DNA of 63,606 nucleotides, counting the filler, from Octopus bimaculoides (taxonomy: Eukaryota): assembly GCF_001194135.2 (NCBI RefSeq). It is 7 parts of 6 records of this genome, joined end to end, with 100 filler letters (N's around TTAATTAATTAA, not from the genome) between each part and the next. Parts side by side here need not be neighbours in the genome. Positions count along the whole stretch, not along the records: positions 47,420 to 53,285 come from NC_068983.1; positions 53,386 to 61,146 come from NC_068987.1; positions 61,247 to 63,606 come from NW_026393129.1; 4 more parts are not named here. One strand, 5' to 3'. The notes under the pieces are model-generated. The model did no database searches, had not been told where the DNA came from, and was given only the letters and a program-made list of their open reading frames with translations. Positions 50,790 to 63,606 of this stretch are shown here, piece by piece; the first letter of the stretch is position 1, and each line of letters opens with the position of its first letter. The position numbers and the translations under genes were made by a program.

Positions 50790-51520
50790 TCCCGGTTAGA
50801 AAAGGCCTATACGAGGAAACTGATTCGTATTGTCATGACGTTAATATCTGCATATCTACAAGAAAACTGGAAGAAACATGCATGGATTCGTTAATGTGAA
50901 AAGAAATTAACTGGAAAAAAGAGCGATGAGCTGCAGTTATTCAAAGCATAAGATAACATGCCTTGTGGTGATATGTTATGGCCATCACATTTGGAAATCA
51001 TTATCACCCTAGACTAACGTTGTGCTCCGTTCCACTAATAATGTTTAAAACACCTCCTTTATATAAATGACTTAAAAGAACTGTATACACCGTATAATAC
51101 CCAGCTGGAGAATCTCATGAAAGTGTGAGTCTAGATAAAAAATATAAAGAAAATTACATGGAACTAGACAAGTATGCTAACATAAGATGAGGCAGATGAA
51201 TTAATTTGATCGAGAATATTATATCATATCCAGAGACTGATATAATGTAATTAAACCAGATTAACGCTCATGAATATTTGGAAGTAGGCAATACTGACTA
51301 ATGATGGAAAAATCAGAAAAAATGTATGTCACAAGAATGAGGCTAATATTAAAAATTAAACACAATATATAGAAATAAGATAACATATATAAACACACAT
51401 GTGACCCCAATTATAAAGTGCAGCTTCAAAATAGTAGATGGAAACTGAATTGATGAAATATGATAGCAGTTTTCTGAAACCAGCTAATAGGTTAAACTTA
51501 GCACACACAGAGAAAATTAG
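50790..51520 (+). pseudogene. Highly degenerate R4/Dong-type RT remnant
   Basis: Ordered motif remnants across frames: MPCGDMLWP (~GIFQGDSLSP), NDLKELY (~DDLKLY), MELDKYA (~FGLDKCA), HEYLEV (~YKYLGV), RMRLILK, INTHVTPIIKCSFKIVD (~INT.AVP...YSFGI..W). Confidence 0.45.
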
Positions 51521-51708
51521 GACTACTGCATACAGATAAGTAATAGAAAATAACAATAATATCATATGTGTATGCGTGGTGTGTATGTGTTTATGTTTGT
51601 GTTTGACAACCTGTGTAGGTTTGTTTGCGTCCCTGTAATCTAACAATACGGCAAAATATACTTATAGAATATGTACTAGACCTTAAAAATATATACCGAG
51701 CTCTCACA

Positions 51709-51781
<73 letters not shown>

Positions 51782-53577
51782 NNNNNNNNNNNNNNNNNNN
51801 NNNNNNNNNNNNNNNNNNNNNNNNNNNNNNNNNNNNNNNNNNNNNNNNNNNNNNNNNNNNNNNNNNNNNNNNNNNNNNNNNNNNNNNNNNNNNNNNNNNN
51901 NNNNNNNNNNNNNNNNNNNNNNNNNNNNNNNNNNNNNNNNNNNNNNNNNNNNNNNNNNNNNNNNNNNNNNNNNNNNNNNNNNNNNNNNNNNNNNNNNNNN
52001 NNNNNNNNNNNNNNNNNNNNNNNNNNNNNNNNNNNNNNNNNNNNNNNNNNNNNNNNNNNNNNNNNNNNNNNNNNNNNNNNNNNNNNNNNNNNNNNNNNNN
52101 NNNNNNNNNNNNNNNNNNNNNNNNNNNNNNNNNNNNNNNNNNNNNNNNNNNNNNNNNNNNNNNNNNNNNNNNNNNNNNNNNNNNNNNNNNNNNNNNNNNN
52201 NNNNNNNNNNNNNNNNNNNNNNNNNNNNNNNNNNNNNNNNNNNNNNNNNNNNNNNNNNNNNNNNNNNNNNNNNNNNNNNNNNNNNNNNNNNNNNNNNNNN
52301 NNNNNNNNNNNNNNNNNNNNNNNNNNNNNNNNNNNNNNNNNNNNNNNNNNNNNNNNNNNNNNNNNNNNNNNNNNNNNNNNNNNNNNNNNNNNNNNNNNNN
52401 NNNNNNNNNNNNNNNNNNNNNNNNNNNNNNNNNNNNNNNNNNNNNNNNNNNNNNNNNNNNNNNNNNNNNNNNNNNNNNNNNNNNNNNNNNNNNNNNNNNN
52501 NNNNNNNNNNNNNNNNNNNNNNNNNNNNNNNNNNNNNNNNNNNNNNNNNNNNNNNNNNNNNNNNNNNNNNNNNNNNNNNNNNNNNNNNNNNNNNNNNNNN
52601 NNNNNNNNNNNNNNNNNNNNTTTAACCTTAATTCTTCTTTCCCCTTCGGACTCAACGCAGCTCCCTCCTCCTTATGACTCTCCCCTTTACGTCTATGCAA
52701 CACATTTATTTCTTTTTATTTCTTTATTTTTTTTTCGTTTTTACCCCCCCTCGTCCCCTTTACATTATATCCATTATTCTCTTGTTATTACACTCACTAC
52801 ATTTTTCCACTTTTTATCTCACCCCTTCCTACACGCACACATACCCACACACAAAAAATACACGCACCCATACACACACATGTAAGCACACCTCCCACCC
52901 CAACACACCACACACACACAACACATATGCATGCACTCACGCGCTCAAACTCGCCCACACACTTATACAAACGCACATACACACGCACAATTGCGCTTAC
53001 ACACACACGCTAACAATCACACAAACATACACACGCACACACACACCCTTGCACACATAACCCACATATACCCCCATTCACAAATACCTCCCACACACCT
53101 GACAAACCATACATACCCCCATTCACACATACCTCACATACCTCCCATACACCTACACACACACCTCCCACACACCTTACATATATACCGCCCACATACA
53201 TGACAAACATACATGCGCGCCATCACACACACATATAGACGAACGCACATATATACACACACACCCATATATACGCGCACGCCTANNNNNNNNNNNNNNN
53301 NNNNNNNNNNNNNNNNNNNNNNNNNNNNNTTAATTAATTAANNNNNNNNNNNNNNNNNNNNNNNNNNNNNNNNNNNNNNNNNNNNTCTTCTCGCTTCACC
53401 TCTAATCACCCAAAACATACAAAGACAAACATTCCCTTCAACCTTGCGAGAAGAATTTGCCCAATTGTCTCTAATTATAGAACTCGAAATAAAAGTACGG
53501 TATTCCACAACTTTACTTTATTATATATATATATATATATATCTATATATATATATATGGGAGAATATACAAAAAAT

Positions 53578-53617
<40 letters not shown>

Positions 53618-54142
53618 TAGTGTACATTTAAACACAAAAGAAGTGAGCCTTAACAGGTCGCCTTACATGGTAGAAGGAAATGAAAAAGTCCAAGCCACAG
53701 TTAAGAGCAATTTTGAAGGGAATGAAAGATTTTTTAAATTACCATGCTTTACAGCCAGACCTTAGGCTTCGAACTCTAATTAGCAAATAAAATAATTTGC
53801 AAGGCGAAGTTCTCATCAGCGGGTACGCCAAACATTAACATATATGTATATGATTTAAATTCCTTTAGTACTTATAATTAGATTCTAATTCCAATGGCTG
53901 AATACTAATCACACGCTTGAAAAGTAAAGTACTAAAGGAATTTGAATCAAACTGTTTGATCCATACATGTGACTCCCAATAAATGTGTTGAGTGCCCATC
54001 TTTCGTTTGTTTGCTCACCCCTATATATTGGAATAAAAAGATAGGTCAACGTGCTTTTTTAATGTCTAACTTATCCCTGATGATATTTTGCTCATAACTT
54101 ATAAATGCAAATTTAATGCATAAGTTTGTAATATTTAAAATA

Positions 54143-54201
54143 TTTAATTATATATTCTAATTGTAATTATATATTCTAATTGTAATTATATATTCTAATT
54201 G
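54143..54201. repeat. 19-bp minisatellite x3 followed by a LINE-type tail fragment
   Basis: AATTATATATTCTAATTGT is repeated about three times, then GATGCCTCAGCATGACCGCAGTTTTAAAGCTGAAAC follows. Confidence 0.7.
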
Positions 54202-55672
54202 ATGCCTCAGCATGACCGCAGTTTTAAAGCTGAAACAAGTTAACGTTAAAGATTTATATGTGTGTTATTGATAACATCAAGAAGGTACTCCTTTACTGCA
54301 TATCAAAATGTATGCATATGTATACATGTATAACCACCATATATATTATATATAAAGAAAAAGAGAGACAGAGAGAAACGGAAGACAGATAAAGATAAAG
54401 AGAGACTGTAACTCATAATTAACGACATGAGTAACCACATAAAAAGCAAAGTGAAAATGCCTTTAGCAATCTGAGGCTCCGTGAAAGATTAAGATAATAA
54501 GTGTCACATGTTTCGAACCATTTTCTTCAGAAAGTTAGAAGGAAACATGTATAAGAAAGAAAGAAAACGCAGTGGTGACGAGGAATATGTGTATCAAGTA
54601 ATGAAAAATATAGCTGAGGTTGAATGACCGGCAATGATAAAGAAGGTATGGTGTTTCAAACGTACAAAATTACACAGGAGGTAAATATGTGTAATGTATG
54701 TGAGCGTATGTATATAATTGTTATGCTATGTGTTGTGCAGATTTGGGTGTGCACACGGATGTAGTAATAGTATTACTCAAATAAATACTTGAATATAGTT
54801 ATCTAGAATACCCTTTCGCAGAATTAATATGTTCACAGAGAACGTGCTTCGTACTACGCCAACATAGATATGATATTAAACTAACACAATAATCCGAAAC
54901 GAACGATCAACGCTGTCAACTGCTCCTTGTCAACTGCTGACTTTCAACTGCCGAGTGTCAATTGCGAACAGTTCACACAGTTTCTTTATTTTATTGAAAT
55001 GCGTCAGTCCACTTTTGGTTACGTGTGGGCGGTCAGGATCCTTCCACAACAGTAATTTTACCCCATGCATTGAGATCTGGTATATACAGGTCAATGTGTA
55101 TAGGTGTATTGTCAAGAAATTTGTTTGCCTGCGTATGCATGTAACTGTTTTTTAATGTGAGCTATTATAATTTTCAGTGTTAGTTGATATATCTATGTAC
55201 ATATGTGCGCTTGTGTTTAAATGTAGGCTCATATATTTTGTGTATATTTTTTGTTATGCCATTATGGATATTGCTGTGTTGTTGTGCGTGTTGGCTTCAG
55301 CTTGTATGTATAGATACCTATGTAGTACGTATGAATGTGATATCTGTCTAATGTGCGCGCTTGTGCCTGCCATTCTCATGTGTTTCATTTGATTATGGCC
55401 ATGAGTATACATTATGATTGGTGTATTCAATTTGTCGAAGTATTGTGATAGAGCTCATATATATATATGTGTTGAGGCTATCATATGACAGTATGTGTAT
55501 GTTTCACTGTGCTTGTGTATTCAGGTGGTGTGGATGCGTGTGAAAAAAAGAATAATACCTTTGGGTAAGAGTGTACTTGGTTGGAATGTATGTGACTGCA
55601 TGTGGGTTTGGATAAGTGCATATATATTTATACATATATACATGCATGCATACACATACACCTACACACACA

Positions 55673-55800
<128 letters not shown>

Positions 55801-56702
55801 GGATTTGGTGATGTACGTATTAAAGATAAAGTATATAGTGGTTTGAATTTCAGAAGTTACGTAAATTAGAGGCTATAAAAGAAGGAAAGACATGAATAGG
55901 GTAAAGATGATAAGTAGTGGAGAATTTGAAATATGCATATGATAATCTGAAGGCTGGTAGGCAGGAAAAAAGGAAGGCAGTTGTGGATTGTATGAACGCA
56001 GTGGATAAAGTAGAAGTGTAGGTGAGGACGAAGGCTTCTTCGTCCGAATATAATAAAGTGGACCATAAACTTAGATTGTCGCAAAATCATGGTTGGTGGT
56101 GTAGTGGAAAAGAAAATTGTGAGACAAAAAGTAGTCAAATCTGAAGGTTATCACTGGGACACTAAAGGGTAGTCATACATATGAATGTGCCTGTATGTAC
56201 CACACATGTACACACGCACACACATACGCGCACACATACAAGGAAATAAACAGTTGAATCTGATCAAAGTAGTGATGATCTGTATCGGCAATTAGTGAGT
56301 GTAAACAGTTGACGAGTGAAAGAATTTTGGGTAGATGTATCAAATACCCGTCCCATAACTTTTCGTTTTACTTTTGCTTCAAAAATTTCTTTTGAGATTT
56401 TTGTTTTCACCAACGGATATTACAATTTTGACCTCAAAATAGATTTTCAAAATTTGAAATGACACTCCTAGAGTTTTCTTGGATGAGTAATGTGAATTTG
56501 TTGTAGAATTAACACATTTTCCCAACATACTTTAAATGGTACGATATATTTTATATAGCAAATTTGAAACGAACTAGTGATTGGGATGTACTATAGATAA
56601 GGAAAAGCGATTTAAAAGAGGGTCTGTAAATGGCGAAAAGAAAAGGTTTAAAGTTGGGCTTATGGGAATCTAAAATTTTTTGTAATTACCTATATCTTAT
56701 AT

Positions 56703-56915
56703 ACTCTTTTTACTCTTTTACTTGTTTCAGTCATTTGACTGCGGCCATGCTTGAGCACCTCCTTTAGTCGAGCAAATCGACCCCAGGACTTATTGTTTGG
56801 AAACCTAGTACTTATTCTATCGGTCTCTTTTGCCGAAGCACTACGTTACGAGGACGTAAACACACCAGCATCGGTTGTCAAGCGATGTTGGGGGAACAAA
56901 CACAAACACACAAAC

Positions 56916-56948
<33 letters not shown>

Positions 56949-57114
56949 CACGACGGGCTTCTTTCAGTTTCCGTCTACCAAATCCACTCACAAGGCTTTG
57001 GTCGGCCCGAGGCTATAGTAGAAGACACTTGCCCTAGGTGCTACGCAGTGGGAATGAACCTGGAACCATGTGGTTGGTAAGCAAGCTACTTACCACACAG
57101 CCACTCCTGCGCCT
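56703..57114 (-). mobile_element. Full-length SINE family A (CORE-like; resembles Octopus OR-type SINEs)
   Basis: tRNA-like head AGGCGCAGGAGTGGCTGTGTGGTAAG, ACCTAGGGCAAGTGTCTT CORE-like start, internal (TA)/(TG) microsatellite, body, stem-loop tail and (TAAAAGAG)n end. The OR-type assignment is from memory. Confidence 0.9.
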
Positions 57115-57204
57115 ATATGAACATAATAAAGAATAATAATATGCCAATTCATCATCATTATTTAACGACACTGTTCCATGGATTTGGACGATTTCGTGGA
57201 TCCG

Positions 57205-59230
57205 ATGCTACTACCATTGGTATAAGGGTTACACTTGGCTAAGATCTTCCAGTAAATACTGTAGTTGACACCTTGTTCTTTTAAGAACCATATATAATTG
57301 GATAATTTAGTAGTCATTCGTTTATTCCAGTGCCTGAAACTTAAGGTGTGATTGTTAAATCTTGCTTTAAAATTTCCCTCTGTGAGACCAACATATCTCT
57401 TGGATGAAACTCTTATCGTTGGTGGAATTTACAGTAGCGACATAATTAATGGCCTCGGTCATACAGGCTCCATTTAGTGGGCACAGGTCTTTATTCCTGC
57501 AGGAACAGCCGGCTTCGTGGTGTTGTGTTGTATTATGCGTGATTATGCTTTTAAAATATTTGGGTGAACTAAAACTAATTTTTAGGTTATGTTTATTAAA
57601 GAGTTTTCTATATTTGTGATGCATTGGAAAACGTCTATCTATAAGCGACAAGAAATATTTACCTATATTATAGGTCACTTCGTGGGAGTAAGGTGGTATG
57701 AACTAGATAATTTTCCTGTGTCTATGTTTCATTTTCTTTATTTCTGGTCTAATAGGAGGGGGTGTAAACTATTTCCTCTTTAAATCTACTCGTTTTGAGG
57801 GCGTTGTTGTATAAGGGGCAGCATTATAAAATATGTTTATATTGGCGGAGAGGCTAGAAATTCTTCCATTAATATTCTTAACTAAATTCTTAAATACTAT
57901 GAGGGTGGCATGAACCTATATTGATGTGACTAAGTCTATCGTTTGGCTTTCTATAGGGTTTATAAATATTCTCATGTAAATCTAGAGATACGTCAAAGAA
58001 ATTGACAACCGTCAGGTTGGTATCTGTCGTTATCTTAAGAGCGAATGTTTTCATAAGTTGGATAATATCCTCCCTTAAACGATCTTGCGTTGGTCCGTTG
58101 GTATTCTTAGTTAAAGCTAGACAGTTGTCCCTATAAATAGCAAAATATATACCAGGAAAGGCTTTTCCTAACGTGTGGAGCAGGATAGCCCAATGAGATC
58201 GCATATATCTGCTCCATCATATGACACCATGCTCACATCGAAAGAGCCCTCTGTGACTACTGTCGTGACTTACTCTGCGTTCTCGTTGAAGAGCATGGTC
58301 TTTCTAGTATGCAGGATTATATCCTTATGTTGTTCACTAATCTCCGCACAATCGCCTGCGAAATTGAGGGCTTTATCTAGTAGTTTTTTTTTAGAAATAG
58401 ATGCATAGAAATCTACCATATCGAATTGTGTAAATCTGACTTTATTCTTATTTTTAATTGCTTTAAACCAGTTAACAACTTCTATACTATTGGACAATTG
58501 TACTAAATTAGTTGCTTCTCTAACTTTAGCATTCATTTTTTTATATAATTTTCTTACTAATTATACCAATTTCTGATTTAGCAGGATTAATTAGTTTGCA
58601 TTTAGGATTAGATAGGAAGTTATTTTTATGATCCTTAATAGTTATAAAGGCCTCTTTTTTTGGAAGGATCTCTATGTTTTATCGAATTTAAACCTAGTGG
58701 CGATGACATTAGCTTCCTTAATATTATCATAAACTTCCGGTCTAGTGTAATTACTAATGACATTGTTATGTAGGAGTTGTGAGTATATGCTGTTGTCTAC
58801 AAGGTGAAATTTCTTGTTTTTATCAGAATAAGTGCCGTTCTGTTTTTTCTTTTTTTTTTTTTGGAATCTCATTCTTTTGTTGTTAAACATCTTTGTATTT
58901 GGTTTGCAAGATTCTGTATTTGAATTCGTGCGTTGAAGCATATTATATTGTGTCTGGGGAAAGTCATTCTGTTTTATTGCTTTATTAATTAATACACCCA
59001 CCAGTTCGATTTATACTCATTTACTTATTTATTTTTCCTAAATATTTTCGTTGCTTCTTGCAGCCTCTTCAATAGTCGTTAATTAAAAAAAAAATAAAGA
59101 AAAAGTCAAGAAAAAGAAAAACAACAACGTGAGGAGGTAGCACATGCTAACTATTAATAATACGCTCGGAGAGGGAAAAGCGTAGTTGTTCTAGGTTTCG
59201 AGCATAGCTCTCCTTCGGAAACAGGAAAGT
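57205..59230 (-). mobile_element. Decayed Penelope-like element (RT + GIY-YIG endonuclease, 5' pLTR remnant)
   Basis: Frameshifted pieces in order: DKNKKFHLV...Y.QLLHNNV; VVNWFKAIKNK...FDMVDFYASIS; FDVSMVSYDGADICDLIG; IYRDN (YRDD); NFFDVSLDL...YKPYRKPN; NIGKYFL.LID; CSCRNKDLCPLNGACM; FKARFNNHTLSFRH...LSNYIWFLK...IYWKILAK. Confidence 0.92.
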
Positions 59231-60603
59231 GCAAAGAAAAGGGAGGAGGGGTGTGTGTGTGTGTGCATGTGTGTGTGTTGTGTGTGTGTGGCGGCATGTA
59301 TGTGTGTAACAGCGTGTGTGGGTGCGTCTATGTGCGTGTGCGGGTGTGTAGAAGTATATGTACGTGCGTTTATGTGTGTGCTTGTGTGTGTATGTTTGTG
59401 TGTGTTGTGTATATGGAGGGTTGTGTGTGTAGAGGGTTGTGTATGTGGAAGGTTGTGTGTGCGTGTGTGTGCGTGTGCATGTGTGTATGTGTGGATGTGT
59501 GCGTGCGTGTGCGTGCCATCATGTACTTATGCATACATATATGATGGTTGTCTACTCGTTAAACGAGCTTGATCATTCCTGAGAAGAGTTAAGCGTCAAA
59601 AATACCCGCGGAAGTATTAAGTTAAGTGCGGCTTGCACAACATTAACGATACCAAGAAGCCCAGAGACAGGCAAAGAGCAAGATATCTGGCTCAGTAGAG
59701 CAGCAGGTTTTATATATGAGGTAGCCTCCTCTTAGAGGGATGCCTTGACAAAGACAAGGGATCCTTCATTCTCAGTGGGCAATAAATATTTACAACCCCC
59801 TTTGACACCAACCCGAGTATTTCTACGGGTATATACATACATACATGTGTGTGTGTGTGTTTAAATACACACATACATACATATGTACATACATACATAC
59901 ATATGTGTGTGTGTGTGTGTGTCAGATTTCATGTTATTAATTGTGTATTCTGGTATAACGTATTTATGACACTGATATGTTTTTCAAAATATCTATTCAT
60001 TTAAATTTAGATTTAATAGTAATTCTTTCTAAACTGTTGATGTCATACATTCATAGTGACACTATACATAACGTATTTAAAGAGTTTCTTATTTCTGTCT
60101 TCAACGTTTAACATCAAATTATTTGCATAATGTAATTTAATTCAATTTCATTTTATTTTAGCTTTTGTACATATTTGTTGTTTTTCTATGACCGTTTAAG
60201 TATATATTATTACCATTGGGATTTTGGTATATATATTTCTAATGATCTGTCAATGCTTTACTTTCTGTTGATGTGTAATATTAAATATCGTTTTTCGTAT
60301 AATTTGTTAATCTAATAATAATTTGCAGAAATCGGTGTTTATACTTTAAACTACCCTATTTATAGTTTTAATGTCACGCCATTACTTAATAGGTTAGCAC
60401 GTTATGAATTTGCATAAAATTATTAACTTTCACAAATCTCGAATGGTAAGCTGCAGGAATAATGTTTTCCTTGGAATTTCCGAAAAATTTTCTTCTTGAA
60501 TACATTTAATAGGTATCCAGGCTATAGGTATAGCCTTCTTAAATTCTGCATTGAAATATTACAACTGCTGGTCTATCTCTGCGTGTGACTGTCGCTCTCT
60601 CTC

Positions 60604-60660
<57 letters not shown>

Positions 60661-60786
60661 NNNNNNNNNNNNNNNNNNNNNNNNNNNNNNNNNNNNNNNN
60701 NNNNNNNNNNNNNNNNNNNNNNNNNNNNNNNNNNNNNNNNNNNNNNNNNNNNNNNNNNNNNNNNNNNNNNNNNNNNNNNNNNNNNN

Positions 60787-60838
<52 letters not shown>

Positions 60839-61113
60839 TATCTCTCTCTGTATGTATGTATAACGGTTTCCTGTATGTATCACTTTTTATGATGATACTA
60901 ACATACCCGTGTCAACAAAAATGCCAACAGTTCTAGTAATGATAGAAAACGGTGCATCAAAACAATGAGAGAAAACATTGATAAATGTCAGCAATCGAGA
61001 AAATATATGCGCATACACAGAACTGAAGCACTTGAACAGATGCAGTTGTAATATCTCGGTTGGAAATGTTATTGCCCACGTAATACACGCGCGCGCACGC
61101 ACACACACACACA

Positions 61114-61146
<33 letters not shown>

Positions 61147-61246
61147 NNNNNNNNNNNNNNNNNNNNNNNNNNNNNNNNNNNNNNNNNNNNTTAATTAATT
61201 AANNNNNNNNNNNNNNNNNNNNNNNNNNNNNNNNNNNNNNNNNNNN

Positions 61247-61668
61247 AACATTCGATGCAATACCAAATAGGTTCATACACTCCATAATCCAAGAATATGT
61301 GATCTTATCGTAATTTTATGATAGTCGATCTATGACATGGCTAAGTTACTTTTCCTCCTCTTGCAGTCTCTAAGTACAGTTTTGTCTATCAGGAGTTGAT
61401 CCTTGGTACCTCTGCACTTACGCTTGCAACCCTTCTGCTCATGTGGCAGGACTCCATTTTTCCCCAGATGTTCGTACATTGACTCTGCGAGTATTCCAGT
61501 CAACTTCCACATAAGCGGCAAACAGGATATCAGCCTGTAATTATCTACCGTATTGCCTTTTTCGATGTTTTTCAGGCACAGCACTGTCCTACCCAATATC
61601 AACCACTCTGGTGTTACTTGGTCGGCATTTAACAAGGTGTTGAGCTGCACAGCTGAGACCCCAAACAC
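61247..61668 (-). mobile_element. R4/Dong-clade reverse transcriptase fragment
   Basis: [14 protein letters not shown]...[18 protein letters not shown]...[42 protein letters not shown].../YDKITYSWIMECMNLFG. The EQKGC...GTKDQLLID and WIDY motifs are typical of R4/Dong RT. Confidence 0.88.
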
Positions 61669-62081
61669 AGCTGTTGGAATTTATAATACCTTTCTTCCAT
61701 CCCTTTAATTTTCTCTGTCATNNNNNNNNNNNNNNNNNNNNNNNNNNNNNNNNNNNNNNNNNNNNNNNNNNNNNNNNNNNNNNNNNNNNNNNNNNNNNNN
61801 NNNNNNNNNNNNNNNNNNNNNNNNNNNNNNNNNNNNNNNNNNNNNNNNNNNNNNNNNNNNNNNNNNNNNNNNNNNNNNNNNNNNNNNNNNNNNNNNNNNN
61901 NNNNNNNNNNNNNNNNNNNNNNNNNNNNNNNNNNNNNNNNNNNNNNNNNNNNNNNNNNNNNNNNNNNNNNNNNNNNNNNNNNNNNNNNNNNNNNNNNNNN
62001 NNNNNNNNNNNNNNNNNNNNNNNNNNNNNNNNNNNNNNNNNNNNNNNNNGCTTATCTCCAAATTTGCTTCTCTACCCGCTC

Positions 62082-62836
62082 GCGAAATTTTTTCTCACGG
62101 GAGTTCCGGACGCCAATTATAAACTCATTTGCATACAGTCAATCAGAGCAGAGCCACATTTATCCTTTCTTCCTTTCTAGTCAGCACCGCGCATTCCTTA
62201 CTCTTTCCCTCTCTACTGGCAGACAGCAACCTTTTTGTAACTATCGAAAAAGAATTTCGCTATCACTACAAGTACTGCTGTCTCAAACCACCTGTCAGGC
62301 AAACGAATAAATATATGTAAATAATATTTCTTCCTTGGTGTTGACCCTTCGATGTTCTTTGGTTATTTCGACGTTGGCACATTTCATTGACATGTGCTAT
62401 TTTGTCACGCACAAAATGACAGCTTCCAAATCCTGTTTCCTGACTAGGTGAAAATGATCATAAACCTCTATAACATTTGAAAAACATTTTTCTAGAAAAA
62501 AATGAAATAACTCCAGCAATTCAATTTGGGCAAGTGTATTATTCTGCCAACGTCGAAGTAACCAATGAACATCGAAGGATTAATACCAAGAAGGAAGAAA
62601 TATTACATATATTTATTCGTTTGCGCGACAAGTAGAGACAGTAGTACTTGTAGTGATACCGAATCTTTTTCTGATCGTGAGAGAAAGGTTGTTGTCTGTC
62701 AGTAGAGAGGGAAAGAGTAAGGAAGGCACGGTGCTGACTAGAAAGAAAGAAAGGATTAAGGTGGCTCTGCTCTGATTGGCTGTATGCAAATGAGTTCATT
62801 ACTGGGGTCCGGAACTCCCGTGGGAAAAAATTTCGC
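62082..62836. mobile_element. MITE/foldback-like element with ~295-bp imperfect inverted arms
   Basis: 62082-62379 is the reverse complement of 62545-62836 with scattered mismatches. The spacer is about 165 bp. Confidence 0.85.
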
Positions 62837-62972
62837 TACACGCTTGACCTGATCCCTTTTACAGCCTTTATTTGTCTTGTAGATTGATCCCCTGTAAAGA
62901 CACCGGAGTCTAAGTACGAATCTTTCAGTATTACTACGTGTCTTCTACACGGAGAATATGTAGGTTTTCATA

Positions 62973-63155
62973 GGGCGGCGAGCTGGCAGAATCGTTAGCA
63001 CGCCGGGCAAAATGCTTAGCGGTATTTCGGCTGCCGTTACGTTCTGAGTTCAAATTCCGCTGAGGTCGACTTTGCCTTTCACCCTTTCGGAGTCGATAAA
63101 TCAAGTACCAGTTACGTACTGGGGTCGATGTAATCGACTTAATCCCTTCGTCTGA
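62973..63155 (+). mobile_element. Young-looking SINE family B
   Basis: GGGCGGCGAGCTGGCAGAATCGTTAGCACGCCGGG...GAGTTCAAATTCC...GGGGTCGATGTAATCGACTTAATCCC. Confidence 0.9.
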
Positions 63156-63164
63156 GGATAAGAT

Positions 63165-63317
63165 CATTATATGTATATTATATATATATCATATATATAT
63201 TATATATATACATATATTATATATATATTATATATTATATATATCATATATATCATATATATATAATATATATTATATATATTATATATATAATATATAA
63301 TATATATATAATATATG

Positions 63318-63349
<32 letters not shown>

Positions 63350-63606
63350 CATATTTATATTATATATATATATTATATATATTATATAATATATATATGA
63401 TATATATAATATATATATGATATATATAATATATATATAATATAAATATAATATATATATCATATATATATTATATATATATATTATATATAATATATAA
63501 TATATATATAATATATATATTATATATATATATTATGTTATATATTATATATATAAATTATATATATATTATATATATTATATATATATATATTATATAT
63601 ATATTA
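63165..63606. repeat. Almost pure A/T degenerate (TA)n tract
   Basis: About 440 bp of TA/TAA/TTA units with only rare C or G. Confidence 0.95.

Overview
AT-rich eukaryotic genomic DNA made mostly of microsatellites, SINEs and decayed transposons, with roughly 8 kb of N gaps. The repeat families and microsatellite load suggest a coleoid cephalopod, probably Octopus (inference from recalled repeat families, not a database hit). Six identical artificial spacers (44 N + TTAATTAATTAA + 44 N) show the window is seven scaffolds stitched together, so adjacency across them is unproven. No host protein-coding gene can be called with confidence; almost all ORFs in the track are translated microsatellites or N gaps. 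Supported features: the 5' half of an intron-type tRNA-Leu(CAA) gene; several tRNA-headed SINE families (labelled A-G here); a mariner transposase remnant with its 3' TIR; a near-complete decayed Penelope-like element (RT + GIY-YIG); fragments of CR1/L2-like, R4/Dong, CRE-like, Tx1-like and RTE LINEs; and two foldback/MITE-like inverted-repeat elements. Best leads: (1) a 3'-terminal stem-loop with compensatory substitutions shared by a CR1/L2-like LINE and at least two SINE families; (2) a CRE-clade fragment inserted inside a SINE; (3) an R4/Dong element ending in the (ATT)n tail of a SINE; (4) a degenerate hammerhead-like motif at the 5' end of the Penelope-like element. I found no clear evidence of a wholly new biological system.
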